Below the pieces are notes generated by a model. The model was given only the letters and a program-made list of their open reading frames with translations. It was not told where the DNA came from and searched no databases. A DNA stretch of 30,700 nucleotides. Origin: an uncultured Pseudomonadales bacterium (lineage in GTDB: Bacteria > Patescibacteriota > Microgenomatia > UBA1400 > MFAQ01). The stretch lies in the NCBI GenBank assembly GCA_964618885.1, contig CAZUFH010000002.1, positions 1 to 30,700 on the forward strand. The letters are read 5' to 3'. Shown here in pieces: positions 25,180-30,700 of the stretch; position 1 is the stretch's first letter; each line of letters begins with the position of its first letter. Made by a program: the position numbers and the translations under genes.

Positions 25180-25426
25180 CGTTCTACCTCTAGAAGTAGA
25201 ACTCGAGCTATGCTCGGGCTCGGTGTAGTAACGAGCACTAGTTGCTAATATGCAGCCCCTCAGGAGGGTTAACTTTTTCTCGTTTCCCGGCACACTTCTT
25301 GGCCTGGAGAAAAAGCGCATACTGCAACCCAAAGGCAAATTTTAAAGTGAGAGTTGATTTGGTTTTCGGCAGACTTGCCGAGCCTCTTCACCGATAAAAT
25401 CTCTCACTCCCTACCCGCCCTTAACT
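25150..25426 (-). ncRNA. candidate ~275-nt structured non-coding RNA
   Basis: Consensus promoter at one end, intrinsic terminator at the other, six or more hairpins between, no convincing ORF; ends estimated. Confidence 0.6.
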
Positions 25427-25432
25427 ATGAGT

Positions 25433-25461
25433 ATTATAAGCCATAAGCCCACTCGTGTCAA
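25433..25461 (-). promoter_or_regulatory. perfect consensus sigma70 promoter overlapping the helicase stop codon
   Basis: Minus strand TTGACA (25461-25456), CGAGTGGGCTTATGGCT (17 nt), TATAAT (25438-25433). Confidence 0.85.
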
Positions 25462-28043
25462 GACCTTTGAATCACCGATTTTAGCCTCAGGCCTATCTTT
25501 ATCTTGCCTTGGTCCTCCCTAAGGCTCAGGATCCAAACCTCAACTGTGTCCCCTACACTGAGCAGATCGCTGACTTTCTTCACGTTTCTTCCCATATTGG
25601 TGATATGAATCAGACCCGTTCCTCCCCGAGGAAGCTTTACAAAGGCGCCAAAATCGGCAAGAGAGGCCACTTTTGCCTCCAAAACTTGTCCGACGGAATA
25701 TGCTTTGATCGTTTTTGCTCTTTCCTCGCTCTCAAGCAGTTCGATTGCGTCTTCCAGCGAGATTTGGGAGTTTGCAAATAGACGAGCCTTGATATCATCA
25801 TCAGCTTCGTTAGGGTCAATGTCCATCAGATCTCTGGCAAGAGAAAATAGTGTTTTGGTGTTATCTAGGTTTTCATCCACTACTTTTTTCATTTTTTCCG
25901 GAATCTTCAATTGATATGTGGCACTTGCACCGACGGCAGTTTGAAGATTGGTCTTGTAGGCATACACTGCTTCCGGAACCACTCCGAACGGCACACAATA
26001 AGCCAGGATCACCCGAGTTCTATTCACCAATTTAAAATTGATTTCGCGAGTGTTCCTATCATGTTTGTGACCGTTTAAGAGCCGCAGAATCTGAGATCGT
26101 TCCGTTTCAATGTCCTTGAAGATTTCATGATTTATGTAGAATTCTTTGGCCCACTTCTCACCACGCTCGGACCATAAGCTGTAAAGCTTGAGGATAAACT
26201 CCACATCATCCTTACAGTTTTTCCACAAAATCTGATGGGCGGTATTGGCTTTTTGTTGCTCCTTTTTGTCCCACTCATCATTTCTTGCCAAGAGACGCTT
26301 ATGTCCTCCGTTTTTTATTACCGGCAACAATGTCGCTACTTCCACAGCGCAGCCAAATCTGTCCGACATAACAATTAGATCTGTGAGTGCGGCAGTGTAG
26401 GCAAATTCCCTCAGTATAGAGCCGTATTCGGTAAGCATGTCGTCTTCGTCAATAGCTCCGCTCTTGTGGAGTGAGGCCATTGACCTGGTCAGCTCCGTGC
26501 TATCGGGTCCATCGATCCACCCATTATCAATGTCATCCACTCCGAGTTTCTTCAGGAGAAGGATAATATCTTCCATTGATGATCGCTGTATCGCGGGGAT
26601 GGGATAGTCCCGCATGGATTTAAACTGCGCTTCGGTATAAAGGCAGTACACTTCGCCAGGAGCTGTCCTTCCTGAGCGGCCCCAGCGTTGTTTTGCATTT
26701 GCCTGACTAATTAGGGTGAGTCCGACTTTTGTTTCCAAGGTGTCTGACTTCCAGTTCGCCTGGTTTTCTACACCGCTTTCCACTACATATACAATCCCGT
26801 CTACCGTCACCGAAGCTTCGGCTACGTTGGTGCTTACAATGACTCGAATTTTTCCTGACCCGGATCCCTTTAGGGCTAGGTCCTTCTTCTTTATGTCCAG
26901 GTCGCTATATAGAGGGTATACCTCCACTTTATCTTTCAGTATCGGGCTAGAAGTAATTGCTTTATTCAGCTCAATCACTGCTTCCTCAATCGGCTTTACT
27001 CCCTGAAGAAAAGCCAGAATATTTCCTTTTGTCTTCCCCTTGATCTGTTCATTCAAAAGCCAGACTACCTTTTTCACCAGCGCCGGTACTAGCTTGTTCC
27101 GTAGCTGACGAGGATCATCATAAGGCAATTTTTCTTCTTCTTTGGCAAAGAATCTTTTATACTCAAATTTTCTCTTTGCCTCAAACTCAATCACTTTGGC
27201 CGTGTCCTCTCCGAAGTACTTCAAGAATGACTCTCTATTGATAGTCGCGCTTACAATAAGCACCTTGAGGTGAGGGTAAAGTGGAAGTTGATCTTTCAAG
27301 AGCCGAAGTATGATATCGATGTTTTCTGACCGCTCATGAGCTTCGTCAATCATGATTACGCCAAGGTCAGCCAGCTGGCCTTTCATAATCATGTTTATTA
27401 AACTTCCGTCAGTCGCAAGAAAAGCTGCGTTGAAGCGATCATTATTTCGATCTTTACTGTAGCGGTAGCCAATATCAAAGCCCTTACCCACCGATGACCC
27501 TAGTAATACTCCCATGTACTCTGCTATAGAAGTGGTTGCTACGATTCTTGGTTGGGTAATTAGGATCTGTCCGTCACGGATAAAGAAATCCTTGGGCACT
27601 CCTTCCGGCGGATAAATTAGCCAGTAGGGGAGCGCGGTGGATTTCCCTGAACCAGTCTCGCCAATGATAATGGCCACTTGGTGGTTTTTATCTTTTAGCC
27701 ACTTATAAACGTCCACAATCTTATCCGGGGTGGCGCCAAATTTGGAGGCATCAAAGGTTGATGGTTTTTCTACCTTCACATGCGGCCTTTGAGGATGGTA
27801 AACCATCCCCAATTCACCCGGGATCGCAATCGTCAAGTCTTCGCCTGGCAAAGTTCGCACCGAGAAATACGCGGCACCCATTGTCATTTTTTCCAAGAGA
27901 AGGGCTTTGCGACAGTCCTCACAATACTCAGGTCGGGACTGGCCGTACTCTTTCATCTTTTCATACATCATTCCGGAATAGCCAATTTCTACTGCATTAC
28001 ACCGTTTGCACATCACTTTGAACTCGGTTGTCGTTTTTGGCAT
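25458..28043 (-). CDS. DEAH/RHA-family (HrpA-like) SF2 helicase with an N-terminal Zn ribbon and a C-terminal S1 RNA-binding domain
   Basis: GETGSGKST, TQPR, TDG, IDEAHERS, SAT, STNVAEASVT, QRWGRSGR; N-terminal CKRC...PEYCEDCR; C-terminal S1 VGQVLEAKVASLADFGAFVKLPRGGTGLIHIT. ATG 28043 is preferred for AAGGAG spacing. Confidence 0.9.
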   Translation of the reverse strand: MPKTTTEFKVMCKRCNAVEIGYSGMMYEKMKEYGQSRPEYCEDCRKALLLEKMTMGAAYFSVRTLPGEDLTIAIPGELGMVYHPQRPHVKVEKPSTFDASKFGATPDKIVDVYKWLKDKNHQVAIIIGETGSGKSTALPYWLIYPPEGVPKDFFIRDGQILITQPRIVATTSIAEYMGVLLGSSVGKGFDIGYRYSKDRNNDRFNAAFLATDGSLINMIMKGQLADLGVIMIDEAHERSENIDIILRLLKDQLPLYPHLKVLIVSATINRESFLKYFGEDTAKVIEFEAKRKFEYKRFFAKEEEKLPYDDPRQLRNKLVPALVKKVVWLLNEQIKGKTKGNILAFLQGVKPIEEAVIELNKAITSSPILKDKVEVYPLYSDLDIKKKDLALKGSGSGKIRVIVSTNVAEASVTVDGIVYVVESGVENQANWKSDTLETKVGLTLISQANAKQRWGRSGRTAPGEVYCLYTEAQFKSMRDYPIPAIQRSSMEDIILLLKKLGVDDIDNGWIDGPDSTELTRSMASLHKSGAIDEDDMLTEYGSILREFAYTAALTDLIVMSDRFGCAVEVATLLPVIKNGGHKRLLARNDEWDKKEQQKANTAHQILWKNCKDDVEFILKLYSLWSERGEKWAKEFYINHEIFKDIETERSQILRLLNGHKHDRNTREINFKLVNRTRVILAYCVPFGVVPEAVYAYKTNLQTAVGASATYQLKIPEKMKKVVDENLDNTKTLFSLARDLMDIDPNEADDDIKARLFANSQISLEDAIELLESEERAKTIKAYSVGQVLEAKVASLADFGAFVKLPRGGTGLIHITNMGRNVKKVSDLLSVGDTVEVWILSLREDQGKIKIGLRLKSVIQRS

Positions 28044-28106
28044 GCGCATCTCCTTTAGTTTTCAAAGTTCACTCACGATTCTACGCTCATACTCCCAAAA
28101 GTGAAA

Positions 28107-28140
28107 TGGTACAATTTACTAAATTCGCACTTTAAGGAGG
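28107..28140 (+). promoter_or_regulatory. extended -10 promoter plus RBS of cassette 2
   Basis: TGGTACAAT (28107-28115) and AGGAGG (28135-28140); same spacing as cassette 1. Confidence 0.65.
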
Positions 28141-28145
28141 TTTTT

Positions 28146-28535
28146 GTGGCTCAGGCATGTTGCAAAATTCCCACGGTCGAAGACGTTGTGGCAATACGAG
28201 AGTCTATTCTGAGATATCAGGAAGAGCAGGCTGAAGCCGATGCTATTAGAGAATATATCAAGAAGCAGGCAGGGGAAGCTGTAAATTCCGGCAGTGCTTC
28301 TTCCGGCCAGACTATAGTATCGGATGACGGAAAGGTCAAAAACATTTCTCCGTATAATCCGGGAGACGTAATTCAAGTCGAAACCTTTAACAAAGACGGC
28401 AGTATTCACTACACCACAGTTAATACCGCCACCAATCAACGCCACTCATATACAGTCACTAGCGAAGGAAGGGTAGTAAAGGACCATTCAACAAATCAGA
28501 ACCTCTCAAAAGGGAGCAAAAATAGGCATAAGTAG
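28146..28535 (+). CDS. small CC-KIPT-leader protein 2 (putative toxin/effector)
   Basis: GTG start 5 nt after AGGAGG; MAQACCKIPTVEDV leader; His-rich beta C-terminus (IHY...RHSY...DHST). Confidence 0.72.
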   Translation: MAQACCKIPTVEDVVAIRESILRYQEEQAEADAIREYIKKQAGEAVNSGSASSGQTIVSDDGKVKNISPYNPGDVIQVETFNKDGSIHYTTVNTATNQRHSYTVTSEGRVVKDHSTNQNLSKGSKNRHK

Positions 28536-28581
28536 AGCGAGTAATCATAGACTAAGGTGTAAAATAGCCTTAGTCTTTTTT

Positions 28582-28983
28582 ATGCATAAAAATATTACAT
28601 ATCCCTCCGGGAAAAAAACTATTGAGATATCATTTGATCCAAAAGAAATTGATCAATATCTTTGTCTTTATGGTCCTGTGCAAATCACAACATCTGAGTA
28701 CGCAAAGTATATTTTTTTGTGCGCAACAGACGATTATCTAAAAAAGAAAATCGACGCGACTCTATTGTCCGGAATAGCCAATCGAATCCTCTATGTAGAT
28801 GGATTCCATAATTCTCTAGATTTTGGCAGCGACCTCAACTTCATGCTGGACGATACCGCTGAGCTTGAGTACAACCTCGCAATAAATGACCAGGAGACAG
28901 TCGAAAAATATCTGGGCGAACTTAAAGATTACTTTTCTAAGAATAAAAAGCTAATCAAACCACAAAAAACCGAGGGTGAATAA
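28582..28983 (+). CDS. hypothetical helical protein (putative immunity partner of 28146-28535)
   Basis: 133-aa ATG ORF directly downstream. Confidence 0.7.
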   Translation: MHKNITYPSGKKTIEISFDPKEIDQYLCLYGPVQITTSEYAKYIFLCATDDYLKKKIDATLLSGIANRILYVDGFHNSLDFGSDLNFMLDDTAELEYNLAINDQETVEKYLGELKDYFSKNKKLIKPQKTEGE

Positions 28984-28995
28984 ATCACTCTCGGT
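28964..28995 (-). terminator. intrinsic terminator ending the minus-strand operon at the right edge
   Basis: ACCGAGGGTGA-ATAAA-TCACTCTCGGT 11-bp stem with an A6 tract on the left. Confidence 0.7.
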
Positions 28996-29004
28996 AGTCA
29001 TAGC

Positions 29005-30153
29005 TTAGATCCAGATCTTCCCCTTTTCATAGTGGCCAAAGAAATAGTAGGGGATTACTTCCAGGGTGGGAGCTGATTTTCCCTTTTTCAGAAGTGTTTC
29101 GGTGAGAGCCCGATAAAACCCCACCACCGCCGGCTGAAAACCGGTTTGATAATAGGCAATTCGGAATATTCCTTCTTTCCGCAGGCGGGCAAAGATTTCC
29201 TTCGCTTTCTGATATGCGATCTCATCTATTTCTCCGGCTGTTTTGCCGGTAGAAATCTCCTGGTTCCGAAAGAAGTAAATATTTATCTTCTCATCCATCT
29301 CTTGATGCCTTCCACTCATCTGACCTACATTTAAGACAGGTCCGGGCAAAACAACGGGCTGATCTATTTTGGGTAGTTTCAAGCAATGAATGGGGAATGG
29401 ACTTGCTTTTGAACCATCATCGTAAGTCACAGGCAGGTACATTGGTGTTCCTGAACCATATACAAACTCATGTAGAGTTTCTGTAATCGTGTTGTGTGGC
29501 AGGTCACTAAAGTTTACGGACGTCGGAATCTTTTTCTTCTGGTCTGCAATTACTTGATATATCTGATTTCGTAAAGTTGAAAGTGAGCTGATATCTCGAG
29601 CCGAAGTTATGTTGTCGCTCATCGGGATAGATAAAAACTTGTCTTTCAATCCCGGTTCGACCGTTATCTCACCGGCTTCTTCGCCGGTAGTCATCTCTTG
29701 TATTTCCAAAATATGACATTTTTTCTTTGCGGCCGAGCGGTAGAATTTACTCTTCTTGCCGATTTCCACCCGGCTGATTATTCCCGCTCGCATCGCCAGA
29801 TCTTCAAATAGGCCAATTTGTTTTTCTACCATCTCGGCAGGGCAAAAATTAGCCATAATTCGACCTGTCTTGTAATCATCCGGATTTTTCTTTTGCATGA
29901 GAAGCAGCAGTTCCAGATAATCCTCTCCGAGGTCAATCGACTCAAATTTTTTGGAAGAAGTCATCAAGTTACCCAGGTACTCCATACGATCACAGAGAAT
30001 CTGGTAGCGCCGTTGTTCGTCCTCCAGGTTCACCCCCTTCTTCATTCTTTCTTCTATTTTTAGGGCTCTGTTCATCAATACCCGGAGATCCAATCGTTCG
30101 AGAACACATTCTGTTTCGGGAATGGCTATCAAAATTACATGAGTGATCATCAT
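29005..30153 (-). CDS. uncharacterised 382-aa protein with a C-terminal alpha/beta domain
   Basis: Long ORF, AAGGAGG RBS (30162-30168), ATGA overlap with the upstream gene; C-terminal SGRH and YYQTGFQPAVVGFYRAL segments. Confidence 0.8.
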   Translation of the reverse strand: MMITHVILIAIPETECVLERLDLRVLMNRALKIEERMKKGVNLEDEQRRYQILCDRMEYLGNLMTSSKKFESIDLGEDYLELLLLMQKKNPDDYKTGRIMANFCPAEMVEKQIGLFEDLAMRAGIISRVEIGKKSKFYRSAAKKKCHILEIQEMTTGEEAGEITVEPGLKDKFLSIPMSDNITSARDISSLSTLRNQIYQVIADQKKKIPTSVNFSDLPHNTITETLHEFVYGSGTPMYLPVTYDDGSKASPFPIHCLKLPKIDQPVVLPGPVLNVGQMSGRHQEMDEKINIYFFRNQEISTGKTAGEIDEIAYQKAKEIFARLRKEGIFRIAYYQTGFQPAVVGFYRALTETLLKKGKSAPTLEVIPYYFFGHYEKGKIWI

Positions 30154-30698
30154 TGACGTGTCCTCCTTCCGGTTTCCAGGCGTCGAATCGCTTCTTTGGT
30201 GAGACTAGCCATATTATCCGGAGATATCATTAGAAATACTCCCTCTTTTTTCAATTGACCAAGAATTTGTGATTGAGCAGTCAGGGGGACATCTTCAAAA
30301 TCCCTCGGAAGTAGATAGAAGATTATAGTTTTTGAGTCTTTTTGGTATTTGGACACCAAGCTTTTTAGGCTTGCCAAATCTTTCGGAAAATGTCTTTGGA
30401 TCTCACTGTCGGATCTGGCCCGTACCATTACTACCATTTTTTGTTCGGAAGACAAAACTTTATTTTTGTCCAGCCAGGGGACGATCAGGTCTGTTTCTGA
30501 GCTGTAAACCTTAGCAAAAAATACAGCATCAAAGCCGATGGTAATTGGAGATTCTTCATCCTCGGACTCTACGATCTGTCCGCCCTCGACGAGCTCTGTC
30601 CTCAGTAGTTTTCGGTCTAGAACCCCACCCAGAACAGAGTTACTCGCTACCACCAGGTCATTGAGATAAAGGTGTCTCTCGTCCGGTTCCGAAGTAGA
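30150..30698 (-). CDS. uncharacterised protein, 5' part outside the window
   Basis: Frame is open to the window edge (...STSEPDERHLYLNDLVVASN...); translationally coupled to the 382-aa gene. Confidence 0.75.
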   Translation of the reverse strand, partial: STSEPDERHLYLNDLVVASNSVLGGVLDRKLLRTELVEGGQIVESEDEESPITIGFDAVFFAKVYSSETDLIVPWLDKNKVLSSEQKMVVMVRARSDSEIQRHFPKDLASLKSLVSKYQKDSKTIIFYLLPRDFEDVPLTAQSQILGQLKKEGVFLMISPDNMASLTKEAIRRLETGRRTRQ

Positions 30699-30700
30699 TT

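Larger units (their letters stand above)
24112..30700. mobile_element. accessory genomic island (boundaries approximate, runs off the right edge)
   Basis: Switch to genes mostly with AGGAGG-type RBS, alternating orientation, non-housekeeping content and duplicated promoter/leader modules. No integrase is seen for this island within the window. Confidence 0.5.

Noticed and set aside
25244-25272. Twister-ribozyme-like TAA...GCAGC-hairpin-GGTT segment
   Set aside because: The conserved downstream AAGCC and matching pseudoknot partners are not present
25090-25338. 82-aa minus-strand ORF across the candidate ncRNA
   Set aside because: TTG start with no RBS; it runs through a strong terminator and overlaps the + strand gene 24703-25140
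28101-28145. Longer GTG start for cassette-2 protein given by the ORF track
   Set aside because: That stretch contains the promoter and AGGAGG; GTG 28146 aligns with the paralogue's N-terminus
248-30514. Numerous 60-190-aa ORFs antisense to or out of frame within confident genes (e.g. 8355-8918, 1536-1958, 14195-14572)
   Set aside because: Shadow ORFs of well-supported genes, with no recognisable motifs or start signals
1-30700. CRISPR array, rRNA, tmRNA or retron reverse transcriptase
   Set aside because: No regularly spaced direct repeats, rRNA or tmRNA signatures, or RT motifs were seen

Overview
AT-moderate bacterial DNA using genetic code 11. Gene content and architecture suggest a Patescibacteria/CPR (Microgenomates-like) genome; this is inference. 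Left edge: the 3' end of a probable large serine recombinase that reads antisense through a tRNA-Glu(CTC), marking the border of an integrated element. Middle (~0.9-24.0 kb): a housekeeping backbone of greA, a DUF2207-type membrane protein, an HD hydrolase, serS, a D,D-carboxypeptidase, a SAM methyltransferase, secA, an S1C protease, an SDR fusion, a DUF4258-like gene, a cyclophilin, nfo, a MacAB-like ABC exporter, prfB and ftsE-ftsX with a coiled-coil/M23 peptidase. Its M23 domain is circularly permuted. Many backbone genes have a -10 box 6-8 nt before the start codon (leaderless signature). CGTC-type palindromic repeats occur in intergenic DNA and in frame inside secA and ftsE. Right end (~24.1-30.7 kb): an accessory island whose main genes mostly carry AGGAGG-type ribosome-binding sites. 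It contains two paralogous two-gene cassettes sharing a promoter/RBS module and an N-terminal CC-x(0-1)-KIPT-x-[DE]-DV leader (toxin/immunity-like). It also encodes a Zn-ribbon + DEAH/RHA helicase + S1 protein whose stop codon overlaps a perfect TTGACA-N17-TATAAT promoter. That promoter would drive a ~275-nt highly structured, terminator-bounded candidate ncRNA, and a shorter related structured copy lies upstream of the first cassette. This island is the best candidate for an undescribed system. No CRISPR array or rRNA is seen.
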